Positions 33,289-43,360 of a stretch of DNA of 60,341 nucleotides are shown piece after piece (the first letter of the stretch is position 1; each line of letters begins with the position of its first letter). A program made the position numbers and the translations under genes. The stretch lies in IMG/VR virus record IMGVR_UViG_3300029256_000003, one strand, 5' to 3'. A model generated the notes under the pieces. The model searched no databases and was not told the origin of the DNA. It was given only the letters and a program-made list of their open reading frames with translations. Source of the DNA: a virus.

Positions 33289-36200
33289 ATGGCTAATGAA
33301 TTAAAAATTACAGATGTAGTCGATCAGGGCGTTTTCGACGATCTAAAGAAACTAAAAACAGAATTCAATGAAAACTATGCCACCTATAAGCAATTTATAG
33401 AGCTATTGGCAAGTGGGATGAAGACCAGTCCTAAAAATTATCAAGAACTTTCCGATAAATCCAATGCGTATAATAATGCGTTAAACAACCTGATTACTAC
33501 CCAAAACAAATTGGCGTCTATTCAGGAGAGACAGAATAAACTGCTGGAAGACTATGGCAAGAAGGTAACAAAATTGCTGACGTTAAATACATTGCCTAAG
33601 CAATTTGATGATCTGACAAAAACCATAAATAAGCTTTCTGGTTCTTTAGATGTGCTTTCTTCTAAATTTCAAAGTACCTCCAGTGCACAAAATTCAGCCG
33701 CACAAGCCAATCAGTCTTATACGCAATCGGCAAATCAACTGAATCAGGCTATTTCAACTACAGAAGCAAAATACACAGAAATAGTTGATAACATATTAAC
33801 CTATGATAGCCATGTAACTAAGCTGACGGCAGATACGATTCAGAATAAAATTCGAATAAAAGAGCTTGGCGATGAATTAAAGTCTTTGGATAAGGAGTAT
33901 AAGAATGGGGCTATTGGAATTACTGAATATCTCAATAAATCAGCCCTGTTAAAACAAAGACAAACAGAGCTGTCGGAGCAAAACAAGCAATATTCCAATT
34001 TAATCCGGAATCATTCAGCAGTTATCATTTCAACAGCTAGCAGTTATAATGAGATGAATGCTGCGGTATTAGCTCTTGAAAAAAGGCTTAAGAATATGCC
34101 TAAAGATTCATTTTTGGGAGCTGAAGGGCAAAATACTTTACAGCAAATACAGACTTTAAAAAATGAGTTAAAGTCTATGGATGCTCAAATGGGTAACTAC
34201 CAAAGAAATGTAGGTAATTATACTTCCCATTGGAATGGATTAAATATGTCGGTTCAGCAAGTAGCACGTGAATTGCCATCTTTGGCTGTCGGATGGAATA
34301 CTTTCTTCCTTGCAATATCCAACAACTTGCCAATGCTTGCCGATGAATTGAAGAAGGCAAGAATAGAGTATCAGGCAATGCAGGAAGCCGGAGAAAAGGG
34401 TATTCCTGTATGGAAGCAATTAACCAAATCTATTTTCAATTGGCAAACAGCTTTGGTAGTAGGTATTACTTTGCTTTCTGTATATGGAAAAGATATAATG
34501 AATTGGGTATCTAGCTTATTTAAAGGGGAAAAAGCCGTATTAGAAACCGTAAATGCCACTAATCAATTCCATGAAGCTATGCGGAAAGGCGTGTCTGACA
34601 CTGTAAAAGAACGGACAGAATTGAAATTATTGTATGATGCTACTCAAGACTCCACACGGTCTATGAAGGAGAGAAAAGCTGCAGTTGATGAACTCCAAAA
34701 ACGATATCCTAATTATCTAGGAAATATCAAAGATGAGGATATTTTAGCTGGGAAAGCATCAGATAGTTACAAAGCATTAACATCTGCATTAATAGAAAAT
34801 GCCCAAGCAAGAGCCGTTGAAGAAACAATGGTAGAAAATAGCAAAAAGGCTCTTGAATATGAAAACAAAATGAGATCTGCTCTCGTTGATCGTTACCAAA
34901 TACAAAAAGAAATAGATAAATTAGAGGCAGAAGGTCCCAAAATAGTTGTACAAAGAGGGGGAGGGGCTTATGATGAAAATGCGCTTGCGCTTGTTGGTTT
35001 AAGAACTAGACTTGAAGAAGCGGAAGAAAGAATGAACAGTTATAAAAAAACAGCAAATGATTTTAAAAGAGCAAATGAAGGATTAGCTGAGAGCATCAAT
35101 ATTAATAATTTATTAGCTTCGCCTACAGATAAAGGTAAAAAATCGGCTGACGAACAAGCCAAATACCAAGAAGACATTGCTAAACGCCTTTCCGATACCC
35201 GTATTTCCCTTATAGATGACGAGTATGAAAAAGAAAGAGCGTTGGCGCAAAAGAAGTATGAGGAAAATATAGCATCTATCAAAGGCAATTCAGAAGAAGA
35301 GAATAAGCTAAGGGCTAATTATGAAGAAATACTTCAAAACGAGTTGTCGGCTATTGACAAAAAATACTTGGATAAAATAGACGAAGAAGAAAGGAAAAGG
35401 GTAAAGGATTCTGTTAAGAATCAATTGGAAGAGAAGCAACGAGAATATGCAACATTAGCTATTGTGGCTTCTCAAAATATGCAAAAAGAGATTAATGACG
35501 AATTAGAGCGATACAGGCAGGGAATCATTTCTAAAGAACAATACGAAAAAAACAAAGCTGAAATAACTCAAAAATACGCTCTTCTAGAGGCTCAAAGAGC
35601 GATCGATCTTCTCAAAGAGCAAATAGATATTTCCGGTCTATCCGATGAGGAAAAGTTTAAAATAAAAGAAGCTCTGGCGAAAGCAGAAATAAATTTATCC
35701 AACAAGGTGCGTGAAGCTAAGGAAAAAAATAGGGATAAGGAAACGGAAGATGAGAAGAAGTATTGGGCAGAGTTGGAGGCTTCATTACAGCATTTGGAAA
35801 ATGTCAGCAATAATGCAGTAGATGGATTAGGCACGTTATTTAGCGGGTTAATGAGTCTAATTACAAAAGTTGTCCGTGATGGTAAACTAGGAATTGAAGA
35901 TTTATTAGGTAGTATCAGTGCAATATCGGAGGGGCTAACTTCTATCATGGTTGGAATGTATGACCAACAAATAGAGAAGATAGAAGAACAACAGGAAAAG
36001 AACGAGGAAGCCGGTGAAGAAGAAAAAGAGCGCATTGAGGATTTGGTAGAAAGTGGGGTTATAACTAAAGAAGAAGGAGAAGCTCGAAAACGTGCTGCTG
36101 ATAAAGCAACAGCAGATAAAAACAAGGAATTGGAAAAGCAAAAAGCCGAATTGGAGCAAAGGCAGGCTAAATGGCAGAAAGCAAACTCCATTGTACAAAC

Positions 36201-36711
36201 CACTATTGCCACATCTCAGGCAATAATGATGGCTTTAGCGCAGGCCGGACCTATTGCCGGTGCTGTTCTTGCAGCTGTAATCGGCGCTATGGGAGCCGCT
36301 CAAGTAGCTATAATTGCCGCCCAGCCAATCCCCAAGTATGCAAAGGGAACCGACAACCATCCCGGAGGATTGGCTATTGTCGGTGATGGAGGTAGACAGG
36401 AAGTGATTGAAACGGATAATGGTGCCTATATCACTCCGGCTGTTCCTACATTGGTAGATATTCCAAAGAGGGCAAGGGTTATCCCTAATTTGGTGGATTA
36501 CCGCAAGATGTCTTTGCACTCTGACGCTTTGATGCTGGATAGGCAAAGGAGAAGTAATGACGGTGATCCGGTGATTGTTAACGTTAATAACGATTATCGT
36601 AGGCTCGAAAGGAATACGGAAGCGACCAATGAAGGGATAGCTAAATTAAACAGGACATTCCGCAAGATGGCTAAGGCTTCCCAATACAACCGTTTATCAA
36701 GCAGAATTTGA
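33289..36711 (+). CDS. Tail tape measure protein
   Basis: 1140 aa. Long coiled-coil regions, a central hydrophobic segment, and an A/G-rich TM-like segment near the C-terminus. Confidence 0.85.
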   Translation: MANELKITDVVDQGVFDDLKKLKTEFNENYATYKQFIELLASGMKTSPKNYQELSDKSNAYNNALNNLITTQNKLASIQERQNKLLEDYGKKVTKLLTLNTLPKQFDDLTKTINKLSGSLDVLSSKFQSTSSAQNSAAQANQSYTQSANQLNQAISTTEAKYTEIVDNILTYDSHVTKLTADTIQNKIRIKELGDELKSLDKEYKNGAIGITEYLNKSALLKQRQTELSEQNKQYSNLIRNHSAVIISTASSYNEMNAAVLALEKRLKNMPKDSFLGAEGQNTLQQIQTLKNELKSMDAQMGNYQRNVGNYTSHWNGLNMSVQQVARELPSLAVGWNTFFLAISNNLPMLADELKKARIEYQAMQEAGEKGIPVWKQLTKSIFNWQTALVVGITLLSVYGKDIMNWVSSLFKGEKAVLETVNATNQFHEAMRKGVSDTVKERTELKLLYDATQDSTRSMKERKAAVDELQKRYPNYLGNIKDEDILAGKASDSYKALTSALIENAQARAVEETMVENSKKALEYENKMRSALVDRYQIQKEIDKLEAEGPKIVVQRGGGAYDENALALVGLRTRLEEAEERMNSYKKTANDFKRANEGLAESININNLLASPTDKGKKSADEQAKYQEDIAKRLSDTRISLIDDEYEKERALAQKKYEENIASIKGNSEEENKLRANYEEILQNELSAIDKKYLDKIDEEERKRVKDSVKNQLEEKQREYATLAIVASQNMQKEINDELERYRQGIISKEQYEKNKAEITQKYALLEAQRAIDLLKEQIDISGLSDEEKFKIKEALAKAEINLSNKVREAKEKNRDKETEDEKKYWAELEASLQHLENVSNNAVDGLGTLFSGLMSLITKVVRDGKLGIEDLLGSISAISEGLTSIMVGMYDQQIEKIEEQQEKNEEAGEEEKERIEDLVESGVITKEEGEARKRAADKATADKNKELEKQKAELEQRQAKWQKANSIVQTTIATSQAIMMALAQAGPIAGAVLAAVIGAMGAAQVAIIAAQPIPKYAKGTDNHPGGLAIVGDGGRQEVIETDNGAYITPAVPTLVDIPKRARVIPNLVDYRKMSLHSDALMLDRQRRSNDGDPVIVNVNNDYRRLERNTEATNEGIAKLNRTFRKMAKASQYNRLSSRI

Positions 36712-36735
36712 GTTTAAATTAAATCATCGTATAAC

Positions 36736-37308
36736 ATGCTATACACCGACTTAGACAAAATCCCCCTAGATACATTCATAGATGTATTCACAGGAGATAA
36801 GAGCAAACTAATAATTAAGGGCAGACATTCCGATGAAGAACTGTCCGAACAATCGGAAAAACTCGTCACAGAATATGTGGAAATAATCGGAGGCGCTTCC
36901 TTCCTGTCGGAGATGTCAAAAAGAAACAATATCATCAACCTTCACATAAAAATAGAGTGTATGAAGGGCGTTGAGGTTATGATTAAAAACAATGATTGGG
37001 CGGACGCAGCGCATATTCTTTCAGAATTCGGATTTTCTTATTTCCCTTCCGAACACGATAAGATACGCAAGAAAGCGGCTTCCATCCTTTCTATGAGTAA
37101 ATACATGCTTGAGCGGATAAATGCCAAGGAAAAGCCCGAAAGTGCCTCTAAAATGGATAAAAACTACTTTGTCCGTGAACGTGTCGCTGTGATGGCTCAT
37201 TATGGAATGCAAATCCGGAAGAATGAAATTAGCGCAAAGGAATATGCCTTCATGGTAAAACGTATGTGTGAGGATATAAAATCAATGAATATTCATAAGA
37301 AAAAATAG
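36736..37308 (+). CDS. Hypothetical tail-module protein
   Basis: 190 aa ORF after the tape measure. Confidence 0.55.
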   Translation: MLYTDLDKIPLDTFIDVFTGDKSKLIIKGRHSDEELSEQSEKLVTEYVEIIGGASFLSEMSKRNNIINLHIKIECMKGVEVMIKNNDWADAAHILSEFGFSYFPSEHDKIRKKAASILSMSKYMLERINAKEKPESASKMDKNYFVRERVAVMAHYGMQIRKNEISAKEYAFMVKRMCEDIKSMNIHKKK

Positions 37309-37310
37309 CC

Positions 37311-39290
37311 ATGTTTAAATGTGAGCTTTTGATTAGAGAAAAAAGGTACGATGTAACCGATGATTTGAAAAATTGGGATGATTTTGAATTATCCCAAAAG
37401 AGGTCTAACTATGATGGAGTGGTACGGTCATATTCTACGAGTTTTGAATTTGTGAATAATGCTTTTATACTTCTGAAAAAGGAATATCGGTCCAGGTATA
37501 TGGAGGCTTCTGCTTCTGTTATATTCTCCTTGAGAAATAATAATTGGGAGTATGACGAAGTATTCCGGTGCGCACTTGATTTTTCTACTTATTCAGAAGA
37601 TGGTTACGTCGTTTCTATTAATGCTATTGATAATACGCTAGCCGCTATTATCAAAGCTAAAAAGAGTATTCAGTATGAATATCCTATATCTGACATTCAG
37701 ATTAGAAAGCTAAATTATGACGGGCTTAAATTTCAATATGAAGGCAAATATACACTAGGTGCAAGTTCATTCGAGGATGGAACTCAATTTATAAGTATCC
37801 GTACATTGGGTACTAATGTAAGTTTTTCTATGCCTTTGTATAAAATGAGTAATAGTGAACTTCCCTCACTTAATTCTCCATTACTATTTGATGACTCACC
37901 GATGGAAGATGGGGCAACTTTAAATAATGCAAAACCATTTTTAAACGCATTATCTGATATCCATATTGATTTGAAATTTAGAACGGATTTGTATGCAACA
38001 GTTTATAGTGGATGGATTGAAGTAATTCGTTTAACATTTGGTATTAGAGGTACAGACGGGACAATTGTAAAAGAAGTAACCTATGAAGGCAATAAAGGAT
38101 ATCAATATATAGATGAAACAATACCTATTGATTTGCAAGGTGGGCAATCTGTATGCTTTGTAACGATGGTAAAATTTAGAGATAATAGTGAGTTAATAAA
38201 CAGAGCTGATATTGTTTTTCCTAAATTTTCGATTAATATCAATTTTAAGTCTAGAATAAATATTCTGAATATTGACGTTATATCTCCCACAACCGTATTG
38301 AACAGTCTTCTTAAAAGCATGACTGATGGCAGTGATGAATACAAAGGATATTTTAATTATGGTATGCCCGATGGTTCGAGAAACTTGAAATTGGAAAGGA
38401 CATACATCATGGCTGCTGAAAGCGCCCGTGGACTTCCAAAAGCAAAAATATACACTTCGTATAAGAAGTTCTGTGACTGGATGGAAGCGGAGTTCGGATA
38501 TGTGCCAGTCATAAGTGGAAATGAGGTGACGTTTACCCATCGTGATAATTTGTTCGCAAATACGGTAGTCAATGAATTAGGGATGGAAATCAATGACTAC
38601 GAGTTGGCTGTCAATGATTCATTGATATATTCTTCGGTAAAGGTAGGATATGATAAGCAGGATTACGACAGTGTTAATGGACGTGACGAGTTCCGGTTTA
38701 CCAACGAATTCAGCACCGGCTTGAAACTGACCGACAATACCCTATCCTTGATCAGTCCGTACCGTGCTGACGCCTATGGAATAGAGTTCTTGGTTCAAAA
38801 GAGAGGAGAGGATACTACCGATAACGATAGTGATAATGATGTTTTCTTTGTGGAGTGCGACAATTCGGTTCCGGTGGATCAGCCGTTACTTTTATACAGA
38901 CCTTATTCGGCAGACCAGCTTTCCGGTCTGTTGAGCCCGGACACTATGTTTAACCTTAATTACTCCCCACGCTTCATGTTGGAGGCTAATAAGGAATACA
39001 TTGGAGCCTGTACCGGCATGCTTAAATTTGCATCTTCTAACGGAAACAGTGATGTATCCATAGATGGAGTAAGGGAAACGGATGATCTGTTAATCCCGGA
39101 ACGTCTGTTTACAGTCGGGGAGGTCAGCATAAAGACCAGCGACATAGATGTTCCTTCAGATCTGACCGGACTTGTAAGGTTCACGAATCAAAGCGAGACG
39201 ATAACGGGATATATTAAGAATCTTTCGTTGAATATAGCCAAAGAAAAAGGGAGTACCTACACGCTGATTGTGAGAGATATAAAAAGTTGA
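37311..39290 (+). CDS. Distal tail / tail tip protein (positional)
   Basis: 659 aa, downstream of the tape measure. Confidence 0.5.
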   Translation: MFKCELLIREKRYDVTDDLKNWDDFELSQKRSNYDGVVRSYSTSFEFVNNAFILLKKEYRSRYMEASASVIFSLRNNNWEYDEVFRCALDFSTYSEDGYVVSINAIDNTLAAIIKAKKSIQYEYPISDIQIRKLNYDGLKFQYEGKYTLGASSFEDGTQFISIRTLGTNVSFSMPLYKMSNSELPSLNSPLLFDDSPMEDGATLNNAKPFLNALSDIHIDLKFRTDLYATVYSGWIEVIRLTFGIRGTDGTIVKEVTYEGNKGYQYIDETIPIDLQGGQSVCFVTMVKFRDNSELINRADIVFPKFSININFKSRINILNIDVISPTTVLNSLLKSMTDGSDEYKGYFNYGMPDGSRNLKLERTYIMAAESARGLPKAKIYTSYKKFCDWMEAEFGYVPVISGNEVTFTHRDNLFANTVVNELGMEINDYELAVNDSLIYSSVKVGYDKQDYDSVNGRDEFRFTNEFSTGLKLTDNTLSLISPYRADAYGIEFLVQKRGEDTTDNDSDNDVFFVECDNSVPVDQPLLLYRPYSADQLSGLLSPDTMFNLNYSPRFMLEANKEYIGACTGMLKFASSNGNSDVSIDGVRETDDLLIPERLFTVGEVSIKTSDIDVPSDLTGLVRFTNQSETITGYIKNLSLNIAKEKGSTYTLIVRDIKS

Positions 39291-39320
39291 TAATCCGTTG
39301 CATTTATTTACAAAAAATAG

Positions 39321-39349
39321 TATATTTGCGGTACAGTGTCATGTGGCAC
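39321..39349 (+). promoter_or_regulatory. Late promoter TAtaTTTG plus leader box GTGTCATGTGGCAC (fibre operon)
   Basis: -7 box at 39321-39328. Leader box at 39336-39349. Confidence 0.55.
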
Positions 39350-39378
39350 TCTGACCCAATTAAGAACGAAAAGACCGT

Positions 39379-40854
39379 ATGATTAAAACAGGAGACATTT
39401 GCCCATTGTTCTTTAACCCTTTAAAGAACGAATTCCAACAGGATATAGACTATATCCAAAAATTCTACACTACAGATAAAATATTGATCCAAATCTTCTC
39501 GGATGATTATAGTGATGTAGTATCAGCTGCTATCTGTGATAATATTACCAATGAGGATAATGATATATTATTGGATGAATATAGAGTCAATGATACTACA
39601 CGTCTATTTACAGCGAGTATAACAGGTCTGAAAGATTCTGTGTATACTTTGAAGATTCGGGAGGATAACTCCGGCACTAGCATAGTAAGCGAACCTTTCT
39701 CTGTTTGTTCGGATCCTATGCTTTTGCAGGAAACTTGTTTGATCAAATATTCCAATAAAGATAATAATTCAAGCTTTGACAATCATTTTTGGGTTGATGG
39801 AATACAGCAATACTTTGAATTCAGAGTAGAAGGAGGATTCAAGCCGGGAGGGGTTTCCCAGAAAGTTGATAATGAGCAGTTCCGAACCCAACAGCAGAAA
39901 ATTATAGAACTTTATTCCGTTCCTTACGATACTTATACTTTCACGTGCGGGAATGCTTCAGGTGTTCCGTATTGGATTATCCAATTTATAAATAATATAC
40001 TTTCTCTCTCATATTTTGACGTGAATGGAGAATGCTATGTGCGATCCGGCAATTCCAGTCCGGAGAAAACACAAATTTCCGAAGACGGACAAATGTTTAA
40101 TATGACTATACTTCTTGAAAAAATGGGAATATCGAGAATTAGTACAAATGGATCGTCGACAAGTAAATTCATTATCTTAAATACTCCAGAGTTGTTAACT
40201 GTTGATAGACCATCTTTGCTTTTAAGTAATGAAGATGCGAATAATATAAAGAAGCTTTACTACGATGGAGGGTATAGTAAAATGCATGTACACTATGGCG
40301 GAGAGTATACGGCTAATTCAGGATTGAATATCCCTATTTCCATTTATAGTCCGTATTTTTTGGATAATGATATTCAAATTGGCTCTTGGATGGAATTGTC
40401 TTGGATAAATCCGGATGATCCTTCTTCGATATGTAGTATGACACTTACAGTCCAGAATGATTATTCCATAGAGGCGGGTATTCCAACTGAAACTAAATTG
40501 GCATTAAAATCAGACTTGTCATTATACGCTAAAGCCGATTTATCGAATGCCATGACTGTATCACTCGGTCAGAACGGTTATGCTAAGTTTAATAACGGTC
40601 TGCTGATACAATGGGGATATTTTAGCGCTGGTGCTTCAAATAATCAGTCTATCAATTTCCCAGTATCTTTCAAATCCTGTTTTTCCCTAGCTTTTTCTAG
40701 TTCTACGGATAATACGGATAATTCTATATGGTCTGTGAATTATGCAGCTATATATGCTTCATATTTTACGGTTTATAGAAGATATGCAAATGTGGAAAGT
40801 GTATCCCCTTCTTCGCAGTCATTCAGATGGATAGCAATAGGAAGTTGGAAATAA
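39379..40854 (+). CDS. Tail fibre / receptor-binding protein
   Basis: 491 aa. The C-terminal NGLLIQWG...FPVSF...FRWIAIG pattern is typical of phage tail-fibre tip (gp53-like) domains. Confidence 0.65.
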   Translation: MIKTGDICPLFFNPLKNEFQQDIDYIQKFYTTDKILIQIFSDDYSDVVSAAICDNITNEDNDILLDEYRVNDTTRLFTASITGLKDSVYTLKIREDNSGTSIVSEPFSVCSDPMLLQETCLIKYSNKDNNSSFDNHFWVDGIQQYFEFRVEGGFKPGGVSQKVDNEQFRTQQQKIIELYSVPYDTYTFTCGNASGVPYWIIQFINNILSLSYFDVNGECYVRSGNSSPEKTQISEDGQMFNMTILLEKMGISRISTNGSSTSKFIILNTPELLTVDRPSLLLSNEDANNIKKLYYDGGYSKMHVHYGGEYTANSGLNIPISIYSPYFLDNDIQIGSWMELSWINPDDPSSICSMTLTVQNDYSIEAGIPTETKLALKSDLSLYAKADLSNAMTVSLGQNGYAKFNNGLLIQWGYFSAGASNNQSINFPVSFKSCFSLAFSSSTDNTDNSIWSVNYAAIYASYFTVYRRYANVESVSPSSQSFRWIAIGSWK

Positions 40855-40870
40855 TTAATAAAGAATAATT

Positions 40871-41410
40871 ATGGAACAAAAAATGTATTGGAAAAACGGA
40901 TTCTACGACACACCCCAAGAAGGTGCAATAGAGATTACGAAAAAGTATTGGCAAGAATTATTAGACGGTCAATCTGCCGGAAAGCTTATTGTTACCAATG
41001 ATGACGGGTATCCTATACTGGTCGAGCATGAATATACGATTGACGAACTGAAAGAGATGAAGATAGCGGAAATCAACGCCTATGACAAGTCGGATGCCGT
41101 CAACTCATTCACGCTTGCCGGTAAAGAGATGTGGTTAGACAAAGACACCCGTGTCGGGTTGGTCAACTCAATCGGTATCGAGAAAGAATCCGGTCGGATG
41201 AATACCACGCTTTGGTACAATGCGGAGAAGTACGTTATTCCTGTTGATACAGCCCTGCAAATGCTCAACCGGCTTGAATTGTACGCCCTTGACTGCTACA
41301 ATGTGACGCAATCTCATATTGCGGCTGTGAAAAGCTTGTCTGATGCCGGACAAGTGGAAGCCTACAATTACAAAACCGGATACCCGGAACAACTCAATTT
41401 TGTATTATAA
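40871..41410 (+). CDS. DUF4376-like tail-fibre associated protein (tentative)
   Basis: 179 aa. The pattern KEMKIAEINAYDKSDAVNSFTLAGKEMWLDKDTRVGL resembles DUF4376. Confidence 0.45.
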   Translation: MEQKMYWKNGFYDTPQEGAIEITKKYWQELLDGQSAGKLIVTNDDGYPILVEHEYTIDELKEMKIAEINAYDKSDAVNSFTLAGKEMWLDKDTRVGLVNSIGIEKESGRMNTTLWYNAEKYVIPVDTALQMLNRLELYALDCYNVTQSHIAAVKSLSDAGQVEAYNYKTGYPEQLNFVL

Positions 41411-41430
41411 ACTCAAAAACAGATAAAGCT

Positions 41431-41931
41431 ATGATTCTATTAGTACTATTATCATTTATTCTCATCGCAGGCTATGTTTATGCGATGATTAAGAAAGGGA
41501 AAGAAATCCCTTATTCAATCAGTGCCACCTATTATGCGCTGACGCATAAGTTCTGGTTCGGTTTGTGCATGATCGGCTCCGGTGTATTGCTTCTCCCGGC
41601 AGCTTTGGAATCAAGTACGGAGAACAGCCAGTTTCTTGTATTCCTTTCGATTGTCGGTATGGTTGTGCTCGGTGTGTCTCCCAACTTCAAATCGGAGCAA
41701 AAGGTTCCTCATGCAATAGGTGCCGCCATGTCCTTAATCTTCTCCCAGATATGGGTAGGATGCAACAGTTGGTACTGGCTTCTGTTATGGTTGGGATTCA
41801 TTATTTACATGGTTGTCTCCATGAAAAAGCATTGGACAGGCAATTTCATCTCCGACTTCATTAAGAGGAAACCGATGTTCTGGATAGAGGTAATTTCATT
41901 GTTAACCGTTTATCTTACTTGTATCGTATGA
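41431..41931 (+). CDS. Multi-pass membrane protein (holin candidate)
   Basis: 166 aa with 4-5 hydrophobic helices. Confidence 0.5.
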   Translation: MILLVLLSFILIAGYVYAMIKKGKEIPYSISATYYALTHKFWFGLCMIGSGVLLLPAALESSTENSQFLVFLSIVGMVVLGVSPNFKSEQKVPHAIGAAMSLIFSQIWVGCNSWYWLLLWLGFIIYMVVSMKKHWTGNFISDFIKRKPMFWIEVISLLTVYLTCIV

Positions 41932-42392
41932 AAGAAGCAATAGTACATACAACCACTGGTGGTTTTGCCGCAATTGCTACAGCCTTTGTATATGAGTCTT
42001 TGCAGCATATGATTCCTTGGCTGATTGCATCATGTGCAGTAATCCTTTGCGATTTAGCCTTTGGGGTGCGGAAAAGTATGCTAATGGGTGAAAAGGTCAG
42101 GTTCTCGCGTGCGATCCGTGCCACTATGGGAAAGATGGTGACTTACTTCGCATTCGTTTGTATGGTCTGTATGATTAGCGTAGCAAGTCACAATGAATAT
42201 CCTATAGACGTGTATTCATGCTTACTGGTATGCTTCATAGAAGGATGCTCGATAGTTGGCAATATACTGAAGCCAAAAGGTATAAATATCAATCTTATCG
42301 GGGCATTAGGAGTGTTTGGCAAAAAGGTGTTTAAGGTTGATAAGGAAGATGTGAGAGAAATTATAGAGAATGAATTGGATAAAGGAAAGTAA
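41919..42392 (+). CDS. Phage holin-family membrane protein
   Basis: 157 aa with 3-4 TM helices, upstream of the endolysin. Confidence 0.55.
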   Translation: MYRMKEAIVHTTTGGFAAIATAFVYESLQHMIPWLIASCAVILCDLAFGVRKSMLMGEKVRFSRAIRATMGKMVTYFAFVCMVCMISVASHNEYPIDVYSCLLVCFIEGCSIVGNILKPKGININLIGALGVFGKKVFKVDKEDVREIIENELDKGK

Positions 42393-42591
42393 CCGCCCCA
42401 AGCACCTGCTTTACGCCATCCCGGCAGGTGCATTGCTTACCATCCTGTTTGTAGCGGGACTGGCTGCCGGCATGGAGTTCAAAGACCGTGCATACGGTGG
42501 AAAATGGGACTGGCTCGATATTGCCGCCACGCTGATAGGCGGTCTTGTCGGACAAGCGATTCAAATCGGAGTATTAACATTGATATTATAG
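42370..42591 (+). CDS. Small membrane protein (lysis cassette)
   Basis: 73 aa with two TM helices. Confidence 0.5.
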   Translation: MNWIKESNRPKHLLYAIPAGALLTILFVAGLAAGMEFKDRAYGGKWDWLDIAATLIGGLVGQAIQIGVLTLIL

Positions 42592-42601
42592 GAGGAAAGA
42601 T

Positions 42602-43009
42602 ATGGGAAAGTATTTCACAATAGCTGAAATGGTAAAGAGCGAAACGGCTGACAGACGCGGTATTGATAACCGTCTGCCGAAAGCGTTAATCTGCAATGTA
42701 GATGGTTTAATAGATAACGTTCTTGATCCTCTTCGGAAAGCCTATGGCAAACCTATCATTGTAACTAGCGGATACCGTTGCGAAGCATTAAACAAGGCTG
42801 TAGGAGGAAGTAAGACCAGCGAGCACATGAAAGGAATGGCGGCTGATATAGTTGGCACTCCGAACACAAAAGCGGAAAACAAAAAGCTATTCAATCTCGT
42901 ACAGGAGCTTAACCTTCCTTTTACGCAGCTGATAGATGAGAAGAACTTCTCATGGGTTCATGTCAGCTATGATAGTTGCAACGTGAAGAAACAGGTTTTA
43001 AAATTATAA
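42602..43009 (+). CDS. Peptidase M15 (D-Ala-D-Ala carboxypeptidase-type) endolysin
   Basis: SGYRCEALNKAVGGSKTSEHMKGMAADI and WVHVSY are zinc-binding signatures of the M15 family. Confidence 0.85.
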   Translation: MGKYFTIAEMVKSETADRRGIDNRLPKALICNVDGLIDNVLDPLRKAYGKPIIVTSGYRCEALNKAVGGSKTSEHMKGMAADIVGTPNTKAENKKLFNLVQELNLPFTQLIDEKNFSWVHVSYDSCNVKKQVLKL

Positions 43010-43027
43010 TTAATAGGAGGAACAATC

Positions 43028-43360
43028 ATGGCAGATTTAAGATTTACAAAGAATAATGATACTCAGGAATATGTGGCGGAAGTAGTGGTAAATGCAGATT
43101 TTAATATTCACTTGGAGCGTGTGTCCAATGGTGGTCTTAAAATCTATCAGAAGAATGGTGAATATGCGGAAGCTGTTGACGGTCGGACTGCCACTGAGAG
43201 AGGCTTTGATGTGGTAGCGGTTCCCAACATCATCCCGTATAATTCGGGGATTATCTTTGACTATGACTTCTCGGCTTTAGTTTATCCGAAAACTATCCGC
43301 ATCGAGAGTGGAAGTGAAGTATTAAGTGGAACAGTAACCGAATCCGGCAATGAAGCTTAA
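43028..43360 (+). CDS. Hypothetical protein
   Basis: 110 aa ORF. Confidence 0.55.
   Translation: MADLRFTKNNDTQEYVAEVVVNADFNIHLERVSNGGLKIYQKNGEYAEAVDGRTATERGFDVVAVPNIIPYNSGIIFDYDFSALVYPKTIRIESGSEVLSGTVTESGNEA

Noticed and set aside
35592-36212. Long minus-strand ORFs inside the tape-measure gene (35592..36212, 35935..36198, 36235..36546) and the plus-strand alternative frame 36171..36386.
   Set aside because: They are compositional artefacts of the E/K/A-rich repetitive coding sequence. Their translations are S/F/L/C-rich, and the plus-strand 1140-aa frame accounts for the region.
41565-41864. Alternative-frame ORF inside the membrane protein gene 41431..41931. Comparable alternative-frame ORFs are 46788..47000, 47024..47236, 24859..25077 and 12078..12272.
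   Set aside because: Their translations are R/C/S-rich and junk-like, and they are nested in longer ORFs with clear protein features. Unlike the dcm case, no motif content supports them.
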